From contig CAMWTX010000001.1 in the NCBI GenBank assembly GCA_947177315.1, positions 1 through 42,957 of the forward strand: DNA of 42,957 nt. The letters are read 5' to 3'. Positions within the stretch are counted from its first letter, which is position 1. Each line of letters begins with the position of its first letter. Under the pieces are notes generated by a model. It made no database searches. It saw nothing but the letters and a program-made list of their open reading frames with translations, and was not told the origin of the DNA. This document shows positions 18,075 to 28,225 of the stretch, in pieces. The position numbers were made by a program, and so were the translations under genes. This DNA comes from an uncultured Bacteroidales bacterium. Its GTDB lineage: Bacteria > Bacteroidota > Bacteroidia > Bacteroidales > P3.

Positions 18075-21000
18075 ATGAAAAAGATTATTCTCTCTTTATG
18101 CGCAATGCTGACGCTCAGCTTGGCAGGGCATCTTGCAGCGCAAAAAATGTTGATTCCTCCGGGAACCGACCAAGAACAACTGGAATTGCGCCAGATGGCG
18201 GCGTTCCAGGGACAGACCGAGGCGATACCCTATCAGCCGGTAACCGGTTTGTCGGCCTATACCGACCTTTCCAAAAAGATGGATTTTGCGGTCAAGATGC
18301 GTCCTCTTTCCGAAAACGCGGCTTTGCAAAAAGCGTTCAAGGAAAACAAAAAGAAGAATCAGGAAAAGGCATCCACCGCAGACCTTACCATCGACACAAC
18401 CTTGACTGTTGCCTATTGGGGTGTGCTCACCGCCGCCGAAGACGGCAAGCAACTGTTCGTTACCATGGAATATACCTCGCCTTCGTCTTCAAGCTGGTAT
18501 CTCAACGGTGTCACCTACACTTTGTTCGATGAAAACCTCAAGCCAGGCAAGTCGTTTTCGCTCAAGACGTCTGCCAAAACGCAGGACATTACCCTGATGG
18601 CGAACTATTCCACCCGATTCTTCAACTATTCCGCCGCCAAGGAATTCCTGGTGAGCGTGCATAGTTTCGCCGAAGGGCAGAGTGGTCCCGCTTCGTGCCG
18701 GGACACGCTGTTCATCATCGATGAAGACGGAAAAATCCTCCGTAAGTTCGGTCATACGAGCGGTGCTTTATTGCATAGTGTAACCAAAAACGGCTCCACC
18801 GAAAACCGCGTGCAGCTTATCGATGCCTTCTATTCCGATTTGGCGGATACAATGAAGACTTACATCTACAAGGCGATGGATGTGATGCAGGACGATGCGG
18901 AACCCTTGTTCACGTTCAAAATCGTGGAAGACCTGACCACCTATGCCAATGGTGCGCTGGCTGCCTTTACTGAGATAGAGGGTGAGCCTTGCTACGTCAC
19001 CACGCAATACGAAAAACCCTTTGTGGCGGACGATGTTCATGACGAAACGGAAATCATCGTGGAAAAGAACAACCGTTTCGAGGTGTATATCTACGATGTG
19101 GATTTCAATTTGGTCAAGAAAATCACCTTGCCGTTGATCGGTCTGGACGAAAACGAGTTCAGCTTCAGCACGCTGATGTATTTCGGCAAGTACATGATCA
19201 CGCGCCATGTGTTCAATCAAGACGACAAGTATGAGCTTATCTACGCGATGGACCGCTACGATATCAGTTGCGATTGCAACAAAATGCAGTTCTACCTCAT
19301 GGATGAAGACGGCAACATTCTCAAGGAAATTGCCGACGAAGTGGCTTCCGTAACCGAATTGCAGGCCATCATGGGGCAACACGACGAATTTGCGCTCGCC
19401 TTGGGCGATGAAGACGCGGTGACGGGCATCAGTATGCTCGACATCCCTTCGCTGGATATCAATTTCCATTTTCCCGCCCTATATAAGAACGAACTGCTTT
19501 CGATGAGCTTTGAACGTGTTCCGGCAGAGGATGGCGGTTACAACTACGTGTTCGGCCTCGGCCGCGGCGAAAGCGCGGACGGCACGGTGTATGGCGGTAT
19601 CGTGTATTACGACCGTCAGGGCAATGTGGTCAAGCGCCACCGCATCGATTTGGGCGAAGACTGCCTGTTGTTCACGCCCATCATCAACGCTCTTACGATG
19701 AACCCCTATGCGTTCATTCCCGATGAACAGCAGGAATACCTCTACTTTTACCGTTTCAGCAAGGGTGAAGCCGCTGGCCGGGGCTTCGGCATCGCCAACG
19801 AAGAAGAAACGCTCTACAAATGGCAGGACAACGACCGGGACGGCACTTTCTCGAGCGCGGGCGTACTTACCAACGAGGCCGCCACGGAGCTGAAAAACCT
19901 CTATGTTTCCTGGGCGGGAGAAACCGCCACCAAACACGTGTTCTACAAGCTGCCCTTGAGGAATATCGAACTCCGGGGCGAAGGAACGCAGGCCTCACCC
20001 TACATTATCACCACCCCGGGCGAACTCGACATGGTACGGAACTATCCCGAAGCGTGGTTCATCTTGGGCAACGATATCGATATGGCTTCCTTTACGGGTG
20101 TGAACATGAAGGGTTTCAACTCGATTCCGACATTCAAAGGAAACTTTGACGGCAAGGGACACTTTATCGAAAACATTATTATCAACGGAAACGGCATCTT
20201 CAAGAATGTGGAAGGCGGAACCATCGCCAACCTTTCGTTGCGCAACGTGGCGTTTTCTTCCACGGGCCGCGCCGATGTGGGAACGATTGCCGGCTGCCTG
20301 ATGTTGGAAAGCAAGATGACGAACTGCCACGTAGAAAGCGACATTGTCGTGAACAGCGACCGTGTGGGCGGTCTTGCGGGGCAGGCGGTGAACGCTTCGG
20401 TGATTGACCGTTGCAGCTTTACGGGCAATATTTCGGGTTCTTCCGAAAATGTGGGCGGCATTGTGGGCGATATGCGCACGAGCGGCACGGTATACCATTC
20501 CTATGCGAAAGGTTCGGTGTCGGGAAAAGAAAATGTGGGAGGCATTGTGGGTTCGATGCTGAACGGCGCCGTTGTGGAAGACTGCTACTCGACCGCTTCG
20601 GTATATGCCTCGGCCTATGAAGCGGGCGGCATTGTGGGAGAAAATGACGGTGCCCAGGTTCGGCGCACCTACGCCACCGGCAAAGTCGAAGTGGATACTT
20701 TGTTCGAGTCGAAATGGTTCAAGGGCACGGCGGGTGGCATCGCCGGCTTCACCGTACCCAATACTTTCCGCGGTCAGATAAAGTATTCCTTTGCCCTCAA
20801 CGATACCGTTACCGCTCCCTCGGATGCCTACCGTGTGGCGGCAACCGAGTATTATATATCCACCGATACAGTAAAGTCGTTGGATTCCAACTTCGCCTTG
20901 GCTTCGATGAAAATCGGCCCGAAGAATGCCTTGGCTACGGTAAACAATGATTCTTGTGTTATGGACAGGAATCATGGGGAGTCGGGTTCGTTGGAAACCT

Positions 21001-22100
21001 TCAACCATGCGTTCTACGAAAAATATACTTGGCAGTTCGGAAACAATGCCTCCGCTCCCTGGCAGATGACGGGAAACAAGCCCACACTGTGGTGGGAAAC
21101 GCTCGTGCGCGGCGTCAACCTTTCTTCCCGCCGTGTCACGGTGGCCAAAGGAGGTTCGGTTACGCTCACGGCCAACATTATTCCGGCCGATGCCGGAAAC
21201 AAGACTTTGGTCTGGACTTCCGACGCTCCGCAGGTAGCTATGGTGAACCAGCAAGGAGTGGTTACCGGCAACACGGCCGGCAAAGCGGTCGTTACCGTAT
21301 CGACGCCGGACGGGCTCTACGCTGCTTCTTGTGAAGTAACCGTAATCATTGCCGTGGAACAGGTAATCTTTCCCCAAAAGGAAATGACGGTTCCCGTCGG
21401 TTATACGGTTCCGCTTTCGGTTACCGTTTTGCCTGAAAACGCCACCGACAAGACCGTGCTTTACCAATCGTTGAATCCCGCCATCGCGATTACGGGCGGT
21501 CCTGCTGTGTATGGCGTGGAAGTGGGCAGAACCCAAATCGTGGCGATGTCTGAACAGAGCGGTGTTTCCGATACCTGTACGGTTTATGTGGAAGTGCCCA
21601 TCACCGGTATCGTGCTGAACGAAAGCAACATCACGATGGATAAGAAAACGCCTGTCTTCCAGCTTACGGCTACCGTTTACCCGGAAGAAGCCGCAAACAG
21701 CCGTCTGTTGTGGAAGACCGCCGACAAGAAGGTGGCCTATGTTACCCAAACGGGCGAGGTTCATGCCCAGGACAAGGGCGAAACGATGATTACCGTAAGC
21801 TCGTGGGATGAAAAGGTTTCCGCCCTGTGTTTCGTAACTGTTACCGAACCGGTGGCGAACGAGAACGGAATGCGCAACATGATTACTGCCTGTGCCATGA
21901 ACGATGAAATCGTGGTTACCGCCACCTGCGGTATGGAATGGATTAAACTTTACAACCTTTCGGGTCAATGTGTGGCCAGCCGTACCGGTATCGCTGCGGA
22001 CAAGGTTACGGTGGATGCGGCCAAGATGCCGCAAGGCCTCTATCTGATACAGATTGGTCTTGCCGGCGGAAAGACCGCCACGACCAAGGTGATGAGGTAA
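18075..22100 (+). CDS. giant secreted protein: unknown N-terminal region, GLUG-motif repeats, Big_2 Ig-like domains, T9SS C-terminal sorting domain
   Basis: Signal peptide MKKIILSLCAMLTLSLAGHLAAQ. GLUG-type repeats (VGGLAGQ, VGGIVGDM, VGGIVGSM, AGGIVGEN, AGGIAGF) at about nt 20350-20750. At least three Big_2-like repeats (pattern VTLTANIIPADAGNKTLVWTSD...VTGNTAGKAVVTVST). C-terminus IKLYNLSGQCV...GLYLIQIGLAGGKTATTKVMR is typical of Por_Secre_tail. Confidence 0.85.
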   Translation: MKKIILSLCAMLTLSLAGHLAAQKMLIPPGTDQEQLELRQMAAFQGQTEAIPYQPVTGLSAYTDLSKKMDFAVKMRPLSENAALQKAFKENKKKNQEKASTADLTIDTTLTVAYWGVLTAAEDGKQLFVTMEYTSPSSSSWYLNGVTYTLFDENLKPGKSFSLKTSAKTQDITLMANYSTRFFNYSAAKEFLVSVHSFAEGQSGPASCRDTLFIIDEDGKILRKFGHTSGALLHSVTKNGSTENRVQLIDAFYSDLADTMKTYIYKAMDVMQDDAEPLFTFKIVEDLTTYANGALAAFTEIEGEPCYVTTQYEKPFVADDVHDETEIIVEKNNRFEVYIYDVDFNLVKKITLPLIGLDENEFSFSTLMYFGKYMITRHVFNQDDKYELIYAMDRYDISCDCNKMQFYLMDEDGNILKEIADEVASVTELQAIMGQHDEFALALGDEDAVTGISMLDIPSLDINFHFPALYKNELLSMSFERVPAEDGGYNYVFGLGRGESADGTVYGGIVYYDRQGNVVKRHRIDLGEDCLLFTPIINALTMNPYAFIPDEQQEYLYFYRFSKGEAAGRGFGIANEEETLYKWQDNDRDGTFSSAGVLTNEAATELKNLYVSWAGETATKHVFYKLPLRNIELRGEGTQASPYIITTPGELDMVRNYPEAWFILGNDIDMASFTGVNMKGFNSIPTFKGNFDGKGHFIENIIINGNGIFKNVEGGTIANLSLRNVAFSSTGRADVGTIAGCLMLESKMTNCHVESDIVVNSDRVGGLAGQAVNASVIDRCSFTGNISGSSENVGGIVGDMRTSGTVYHSYAKGSVSGKENVGGIVGSMLNGAVVEDCYSTASVYASAYEAGGIVGENDGAQVRRTYATGKVEVDTLFESKWFKGTAGGIAGFTVPNTFRGQIKYSFALNDTVTAPSDAYRVAATEYYISTDTVKSLDSNFALASMKIGPKNALATVNNDSCVMDRNHGESGSLETFNHAFYEKYTWQFGNNASAPWQMTGNKPTLWWETLVRGVNLSSRRVTVAKGGSVTLTANIIPADAGNKTLVWTSDAPQVAMVNQQGVVTGNTAGKAVVTVSTPDGLYAASCEVTVIIAVEQVIFPQKEMTVPVGYTVPLSVTVLPENATDKTVLYQSLNPAIAITGGPAVYGVEVGRTQIVAMSEQSGVSDTCTVYVEVPITGIVLNESNITMDKKTPVFQLTATVYPEEAANSRLLWKTADKKVAYVTQTGEVHAQDKGETMITVSSWDEKVSALCFVTVTEPVANENGMRNMITACAMNDEIVVTATCGMEWIKLYNLSGQCVASRTGIAADKVTVDAAKMPQGLYLIQIGLAGGKTATTKVMR

Positions 22101-22121
22101 CAGCCTCATGCCGGATAGAGG

Positions 22122-22159
22122 AAGCGCCCTTCGGAATTTTCCGAAGGGCGCTTTTTTTT
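22122..22159 (+). terminator. rho-independent terminator
   Basis: AGCGCCCTTCGG / CCGAAGGGCGCT forms a 12-bp perfect stem with a 6-nt loop, followed by a T8 run. Confidence 0.85.
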
Positions 22160-22232
22160 GCCCGCCGCGTGGAAATCACGGGGTTTGCCGGCGGCATCGT
22201 CGATAAAAAAGACCCTGTTTACAAAAAATGAA

Positions 22233-22240
22233 TATATTTG
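22233..22240 (+). promoter_or_regulatory. candidate -7 box TATATTTG
   Basis: TAnnTTTG match 21 nt upstream of ATG 22261. The leader would be short. Confidence 0.35.
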
Positions 22241-22260
22241 CTTGGAAAAGAAGCTGAAAA

Positions 22261-24063
22261 ATGCTGTTGAAATGTAATGTGAAAGCCGTCAGGAATCTAT
22301 TTATCTCTTTGATAAACAGGAGTTTTTGTAAAACTCTTGTGTTCGTTTTGCTGGCTTTCGGCGGCAGGTCTTTCGCCGAGGGGACAGACAGTCTTCCGTT
22401 TTTCGACCGGATGCTTTCTTTCCAGAGCGGTCTGTCGGTTCAGGAGCAAATTTTAATTACCAAACAAGCAGAAAAATACGCGCAAAAGAAAGGGGATGTT
22501 TACAAGAGTTTCGCCTATGCCGCCCAACGGGGATCCCTGTATTTCTCGGCCGACAACGGCGATTCGTGCCTGTTGGTTTATTCGGCCCTGATTCCCGGCA
22601 TTGAAAAGCAGGTGGAACAGACCGGAGAGGAACGTTGGAAGGTACTCTTGGTGGAATGTTATTCGGATATCGCCCTAAGTTTGATGTTCAAGGAACAGAG
22701 CGACTCGGCGATGCTTATCTACCAGGGGCTTCTGCTCCGTTTCGAAAAAGATTCCATTCCGCAGGTAAACGCCAAGTGCCTTAACGGTATCGGGGTGGTG
22801 TTCGCCTACCGCAAACTGTTCGACCTGGCGGAAAAAAACATGCTTTCGGCTTTGGAACAATATGCCTTGGTGAACAATATGCGCGGCATTTTTGCCGTAA
22901 GTTCCAATATGGTGGCGCTTTTCCAGTCGCAGGGATTGTTTGAGGAAGCCTTGCCGTACGGCATACGCGCCTACCGTATCGCCCATTCCGAGAATTATAA
23001 CGGGCAGGAGCTTATCTACGCTTCGCTGGCGATGGGTTCCATCTATTCGGGCTTGATGCGGTACGATATCGCCCTGCCTTATTTCGAGGAGGCGGTAAAG
23101 TTGGCGCGGGAAAAGGAATTTACACATATGGAGGGTTTTGCCGAAGCCTCTTATGCCAGGAATCTTTTCCATTTGGGGCAATATGCACAGGCGCGCCAGG
23201 TGGCGGAGGATGCCTTGCGGCAGATAAAGGACAAGAAAAAATACGACCTGCAGGTGGATTTGCTGCATCTGTTGAGCCAGGTGGCGGAGAAGCAGAACGA
23301 TGTGGGTTCGGCCTTGCGTTACTTGAAGGAATATATCGTGGTGCGCGATTCGCAGATGGCGTTGGAAAATATGCGGCAACTGTTGGGCGTTCAATACCGT
23401 TACGACAATTACCGTCTGGAACAGGAAGCACGCAACGATGCCAACGAACTTCATTTGGCAACCATGCGCGCCCGGAACCGCGTGCTGTGGATTATTGTGC
23501 TGGCGGTAAGCGTGGCGTTGATGATAACGGTGATAGGTTTTCTTTTCAAACGGCTGGTGCAGTTCCGCCGGTCGGAGGAAATCATCAAGGCGGAATCCCG
23601 CCGGCAGATAAAGACCGTGGAAGAACAGATAGAAGTAAAAAACAAAGAGTTGGCTACAAATGCCTTGCAATTTTTGAGGCTCAGGAATCTACAGGATTCC
23701 ATCATGAAAGAGCTGCGGCAGCTCAAGACGGCCTTTACGCTGCGGGGCAAGGAAAAACGGCAGGTGTGCGACATCGAGGAACTTGCCAAGCAGATAGCTT
23801 CCGAACGGGAATGGAAAGATTTTCAACTTTATTTCGAGCAGGTGGACAAGGAGTTTTTCCGCAAGCTCTCCGAGCGTTATCCCGACCTTACCTCCAACGA
23901 AAAACATCTGTGCGTGCTGTTCAAGTTAGGATTGACCAACAAGGACGTGGCGAGCCTTACGGGTCGTTCCCTGCAATCCATCGGCATGGCCAAATTCAGG
24001 CTCAAATCAAAGCTGCAGGCCGACAATAGCGAGGAACTGAGCCAATTTCTCAACTCGTTGTAG
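22261..24063 (+). CDS. TPR-repeat, single-TM, LuxR-type HTH transcriptional regulator
   Basis: 600 aa. N-terminal signal/anchor, about 350 aa of TPR-like helical repeats, a TM helix VLWIIVLAVSVALMITVIGFLF, and a C-terminal LuxR/GerE HTH (LTSNEKHLCVLFKLGLTNKDVASLTGRSLQSIGMAKFRLKSKL). Confidence 0.8.
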   Translation: MLLKCNVKAVRNLFISLINRSFCKTLVFVLLAFGGRSFAEGTDSLPFFDRMLSFQSGLSVQEQILITKQAEKYAQKKGDVYKSFAYAAQRGSLYFSADNGDSCLLVYSALIPGIEKQVEQTGEERWKVLLVECYSDIALSLMFKEQSDSAMLIYQGLLLRFEKDSIPQVNAKCLNGIGVVFAYRKLFDLAEKNMLSALEQYALVNNMRGIFAVSSNMVALFQSQGLFEEALPYGIRAYRIAHSENYNGQELIYASLAMGSIYSGLMRYDIALPYFEEAVKLAREKEFTHMEGFAEASYARNLFHLGQYAQARQVAEDALRQIKDKKKYDLQVDLLHLLSQVAEKQNDVGSALRYLKEYIVVRDSQMALENMRQLLGVQYRYDNYRLEQEARNDANELHLATMRARNRVLWIIVLAVSVALMITVIGFLFKRLVQFRRSEEIIKAESRRQIKTVEEQIEVKNKELATNALQFLRLRNLQDSIMKELRQLKTAFTLRGKEKRQVCDIEELAKQIASEREWKDFQLYFEQVDKEFFRKLSERYPDLTSNEKHLCVLFKLGLTNKDVASLTGRSLQSIGMAKFRLKSKLQADNSEELSQFLNSL

Positions 24064-24089
24064 AAAACGCCGCAGAACCCCTGTAAACG

Positions 24090-24128
24090 AAAAACGCCGG
24101 AACAGAATCACTGTCCCGGCGTTTTTTT
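24090..24128. terminator. bidirectional rho-independent terminator between convergent genes
   Basis: AAAAACGCCGG ... CCGGCGTTTTTTT with an inner ACAG/CTGT stem. The A-run on the left and T-run on the right allow termination in both directions. Confidence 0.8.
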
Positions 24129-24145
24129 ATGGCGATATTCCGTTT

Positions 24146-26308
24146 TTAAATCTTGGCTATCTTGATTATCTGCCAGCCGTTGGCGGTGAGAATCTTGGCG
24201 ATATAGGCGCCCGGCGACAGATTTTCGATATTGATTTCCTGTTTCTGCACGCCTTGGGCAAAGTGCTGCGCCAGTACCCGCTGCCCGTTGGAGGCATAGA
24301 GTTCCACCGTGTAGAAATCGGAACCGCAGCCGTCAACGGTAATCCTGCCGTTGGCGGGGTTGGGATAGACCCGCAGCGCGGAAGCCGTTTCCAGCGGTTC
24401 GGCCGCCACCGTGGGGCTGCCTGTGAACACCGCCTCAATCTGGGTTTCGGCGGTTACGGTGTATTCCAGGAGCGTATCCCTGCCGAGGCTCTTGTCGTAT
24501 TCCATCCAGCGGGAAAACGTGCAGCCCGGTGCAGGGTGGGCGACAAGCACTATTTTTTCGTCTTTCAGGAAAGCGCCGGCGCCTTCCACCCTGCCGCAGC
24601 CTTCGGGGCGGAGGGTCGTTTCCACCTTGTACAGTTCGGGAACATTCAGGTCTGTGCCGGTACGGAGCGAAGTGTCGCCTTCATACAGGGCGCGAACCCC
24701 GAAACGGTATATCCGGCTCATTTTCGTTATCCCGTGCCGGTATTCGGTTTCTTCGGTTTCTCCCACCAACACGTTATCGACAAAAACCTGATACGAAACC
24801 ACTTTTTGGTCGGTCTGGGGCTTCTGCCAGGAGAGTTTTACCTGCAGGTTATCCCGTTCCGCCCGGAGCGATTCGGGTCGAGGAACACGGTTTTTAGACA
24901 CGACCCGGAGCGCGGCGTCGGCGTCGATGATACCCGAATTGGCGCAGATGTTCTTGTTGTTGCTTTCATCGATGCTTTGCGCCGAAGACATCAATATATC
25001 GCGCATCAGGTAGGAATCGAGCGTGGAATCGACCGAAAGCAGCAGCCCGCAGAGCCCGCTCACGATGGGGGTCGCCATCGAAGTGCCATACATGCCGTCG
25101 TAGTATTGTCCCGTCAGTTCGGAATGTCCGCTTGTGCGGTATTTCTGCGAGGTGCAATAGGTGGAACTGAGGATGCAGTCTTGAGATTCTTCGTTGTTTC
25201 TGTTCATCATGAAGCCGCCCGGGGAGGCCACCGTTACCCATTCGCCGAAATTGGAGAAAGAGGAAATCTGGCGGTTGTCGTTGACGGAAGCCACCGAAAT
25301 GACCCCCGGCAGGTAGCCCGGATACATCGGGCTGTCTTTGTAACGGTCGTTGCCCGCCGCCGCCACGACAACAATGCCGTTGTCGATGCAGGACTGCACG
25401 ATGGCGCGGTCTGTCTCGGTAATCATATACCGGCCCCATGAAAGACTGATCACTTTGGCGCCGTGTTCGGCCGCCCAGCTGATGCCGGTAAAACCGTTGT
25501 CCATCGCCAGACCCGAAGGATCCGTTCCGGGGCAGGAAACGCCCATAAGCGTGATGCCCGAACCGATGGAGGCGATGCCGATGCCGTTGCCGCGGATGGC
25601 GCCCACCGCACCGGCAGTATGTGTGCCATGCGACCAATTATAAGAGGGACAGTTGATTACATTTGGACATTGGGGATCTTGCGGAACATCGGAAGGAGGG
25701 GCGGAATTGCCGGTCTGTCCGGTTCTTACATTATACTGGTTTTCGGGAGCGATGCCCAGATCGGGGTGGTTGCCCCAAATGGCGTTATCCACCACCGCCA
25801 CCTTGATGTTCGCCTGTCCGGTCTGTTGCGCCCAGGCTTCTTCCGCATGAATCAGCTTGAGATGCCAGGAACCGTAACCGGTTTGGTACAGAGGGTCTGT
25901 GCCTTCTTCGGCTTTCGGAGCGGGCGTTTCGGCCATCTGCCCCTGCACGTAATAGACGGGAATCCTTTCCACCAGTTCGATACGGCTGTCCTGTCGCAGT
26001 TGGCGAACCAGTTCTTCGGCCTTGGCCGTGCTGTCGAACTTTAACTCGAATGTGCGTTCCAGCACAGGTTCTCCCAAGGTGCGCATACAGAACATGGTCT
26101 GATGCAGACCGTAGGCTTTCTGCAATTTTTGAAGGGATGCCTCTTTCTCGATGGCGGCAAAGCGGCTGTTGTTGGCCGTTTTGGGGCTTGCCAAAGCCTT
26201 GAAACGCACGTAAACGGCGTTTTCCACATAATCGGCATTCTGCGCCACGGCTTGCGGAAGGGTCATCGCGGCACAGAACAGGAGGCAGGATAAAAGTTTT
26301 GTCTTCAT
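24146..26308 (-). CDS. S8 family (subtilisin-like) serine peptidase with T9SS C-terminal domain
   Basis: Signal peptide MKTKLLSCLLFCAAMTLPQAVAQ and an I9-like propeptide. Catalytic blocks VAVVDNAIW (Asp), SHGTHTAGAVGA (His), AAAGND (Asn) and GTSMATPIVSG (Ser). There is a Listeria-Bacteroides-repeat-like segment. CTD: LRVYPNPANGRITV...GAYIAKILTANGWQIIKIAKI. Confidence 0.9.
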   Translation of the reverse strand: MKTKLLSCLLFCAAMTLPQAVAQNADYVENAVYVRFKALASPKTANNSRFAAIEKEASLQKLQKAYGLHQTMFCMRTLGEPVLERTFELKFDSTAKAEELVRQLRQDSRIELVERIPVYYVQGQMAETPAPKAEEGTDPLYQTGYGSWHLKLIHAEEAWAQQTGQANIKVAVVDNAIWGNHPDLGIAPENQYNVRTGQTGNSAPPSDVPQDPQCPNVINCPSYNWSHGTHTAGAVGAIRGNGIGIASIGSGITLMGVSCPGTDPSGLAMDNGFTGISWAAEHGAKVISLSWGRYMITETDRAIVQSCIDNGIVVVAAAGNDRYKDSPMYPGYLPGVISVASVNDNRQISSFSNFGEWVTVASPGGFMMNRNNEESQDCILSSTYCTSQKYRTSGHSELTGQYYDGMYGTSMATPIVSGLCGLLLSVDSTLDSYLMRDILMSSAQSIDESNNKNICANSGIIDADAALRVVSKNRVPRPESLRAERDNLQVKLSWQKPQTDQKVVSYQVFVDNVLVGETEETEYRHGITKMSRIYRFGVRALYEGDTSLRTGTDLNVPELYKVETTLRPEGCGRVEGAGAFLKDEKIVLVAHPAPGCTFSRWMEYDKSLGRDTLLEYTVTAETQIEAVFTGSPTVAAEPLETASALRVYPNPANGRITVDGCGSDFYTVELYASNGQRVLAQHFAQGVQKQEINIENLSPGAYIAKILTANGWQIIKIAKI

Positions 26309-26310
26309 GG

Positions 26311-28218
26311 TTAGCGTTTCATCAGTTTATGGGTAAAGACGCCTTGTTCGTTTTCAACCTGCACGAAATACAGGCCCGAAACCAAAGAGGCGGTTTCCAG
26401 TTCAAAGAGGTTCTTGCCTGCCTGCAGCAGGATATTTTCGGTGCGGACGGTTTTTCCCTGCGCGTTGAAGATACGGAGCGTCGCCTTGCCGCCCTTGACG
26501 GCATCGAAGACCACGGAGCAGTGTTCGCCGGCAGGATTGGGATAGAGCGAAAGTGTCCGTCCGGCTGCCGGTCTCGCATCGTTGGCGGCGGAATGGCCGG
26601 GTTTGAGGTAGAAAGATTGCGAAACCTGATTGTTCTTGCTGTTCTGCAGGAAAATCACCGCCGCCATGTTTTCATAGCTCGAATAAATCTCCGGGCTTGA
26701 TTTGTCGAAGGTATATTCAAAGTCTTTTTCGACCACGCCGCCGGTGGTTTCAATCGAAATCGGTGTACCCGTTATGCCGGGAACCATCTGGCGAACCACA
26801 TTGTAGAGGTCTTTTTCCCCGTTATGCAGGGTGGACATCAGGTGGATGGAATCTTCGATAAGGCAGATCACCAGGTTGTAGTCGTTCATATCGGGCAGGT
26901 AGTTGGTAACCTTGGCGTGAATCCTGAAGGTTCCGTCTTCCCGCTCCAACGAGGCACTGATGCCGGTAGGTATCGTAACCTGTGCGAAACGGGCGATGGA
27001 ATCGCGCAGGCGGTGACCGATGGTGGTGTCGGTAGGCCTGAAGACCCTTCCGTTCATATATACGGTAGGAGCGGCGTTCACATTGTAATGCTCGGCGCGG
27101 GCCAGAGAGTGTTCCGTTACCGTGGGATCACCCACCGAGGGGATGTCCACTTGGTATTTTACCACCGAGAAATGGCCGCTGTTGTCGGGCACATTGGCTT
27201 TCTGTTCGATAAAGATGGGGTGCATCCAGCTGTTCAGGGGCGCGCAGTTGGAGCACATTCCGCTGGAGAACATCTCCAACAGCAGGTTTTTGCGCGGCAG
27301 GGAAGACTCCTTGACGCTGTAAAACATCGTGGAAGTGGTGTCGGAAGCGATGTTCTTGCCGTTGATTTTTTCCACCCATATCGAAAAGGTATGGTTTCCT
27401 TCGGTGTTAATCAATGTTGAAGTGGTGATATTCAATGTTTTATATGGTTCAATCTTAACATCCGAGAAAATTTCGCGCACCACTTCCCCACCGTCGGCCT
27501 GACGGCAGAGCGTATAGGAGACAATGGGGTCGGAACCGGTATTGAGCAAGGCGGCCTTGAAGATTATGTTTTGGGGGATACCCTGCAGGGTTACCGAAGG
27601 GGAGGCCGCCATTTCGGTAACCAGAGCCGCCACCGGTTCGGTTTCCAGAACCGCCACGTCATCCACACAGACCATGTATTTGCCGGAAGAGTTCTGTATA
27701 AAGGCGATATAGACTTCCTTGCCGGCGTATTCGGAAAGGTCTATCGTGTAATAGGTCCAGCTGGAGGGAGCAACCGCCACGGTTTGCAGGCTTGCCGTAA
27801 AGGACTCTTTTTCTTTGCCCGAAACAGAGATCTTCACTTCAAAACCGTCGCGGTATTCGGTATCCACACGTTTGGCGCGGAAAACGAGAACGGGATTCTT
27901 GGCCGAAGCGAGGTTGATGGCCGGGGTCACCATCCAGCGGTCGGCCACAGCATTTGCCTGAGTAAAGAACGAAACGGCGGCCGCCTGCCGGGAACCGTCC
28001 TTGTCCACCCACACGTTCCATGCCTGTGTAAAGTGAGACAGATCGTCGGGGGAGCTCGCCGGGGTATTGTTGTCGTTGTACAGTGTCCACGATTCCTTTA
28101 CCTGGCCAACCGAGAAGCGGTCGGTGGCATCTTGAAAATCATCATGGAACAATACTTGTGCCGGAGCCTGCATGAGCAGGGCCAACAAAGCAAGGCTTGA
28201 GAATGCAAAACGTTTCAT
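26311..28218 (-). CDS. secreted protein: choice-of-anchor-J/MAM-like N-domain + Omp28-like thioredoxin-fold domain (CSNC) + T9SS C-terminal domain
   Basis: Signal peptide MKRFAFSSLALLALLMQAPAQ. N-domain motifs DDFQD...WTLYNDNN...WMVTPAINL...YIAFIQNS. LLLEMFSSGMCSNCAP resembles the Omp28-family CxxC block. CTD: LSLYPNPAGEHCSVVF...GLYFVQVENEQGVFTHKLMKR. Its stop is 2 nt from the S8 gene start. Confidence 0.8.
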   Translation of the reverse strand: MKRFAFSSLALLALLMQAPAQVLFHDDFQDATDRFSVGQVKESWTLYNDNNTPASSPDDLSHFTQAWNVWVDKDGSRQAAAVSFFTQANAVADRWMVTPAINLASAKNPVLVFRAKRVDTEYRDGFEVKISVSGKEKESFTASLQTVAVAPSSWTYYTIDLSEYAGKEVYIAFIQNSSGKYMVCVDDVAVLETEPVAALVTEMAASPSVTLQGIPQNIIFKAALLNTGSDPIVSYTLCRQADGGEVVREIFSDVKIEPYKTLNITTSTLINTEGNHTFSIWVEKINGKNIASDTTSTMFYSVKESSLPRKNLLLEMFSSGMCSNCAPLNSWMHPIFIEQKANVPDNSGHFSVVKYQVDIPSVGDPTVTEHSLARAEHYNVNAAPTVYMNGRVFRPTDTTIGHRLRDSIARFAQVTIPTGISASLEREDGTFRIHAKVTNYLPDMNDYNLVICLIEDSIHLMSTLHNGEKDLYNVVRQMVPGITGTPISIETTGGVVEKDFEYTFDKSSPEIYSSYENMAAVIFLQNSKNNQVSQSFYLKPGHSAANDARPAAGRTLSLYPNPAGEHCSVVFDAVKGGKATLRIFNAQGKTVRTENILLQAGKNLFELETASLVSGLYFVQVENEQGVFTHKLMKR

Positions 28219-28225
28219 GGTATTT

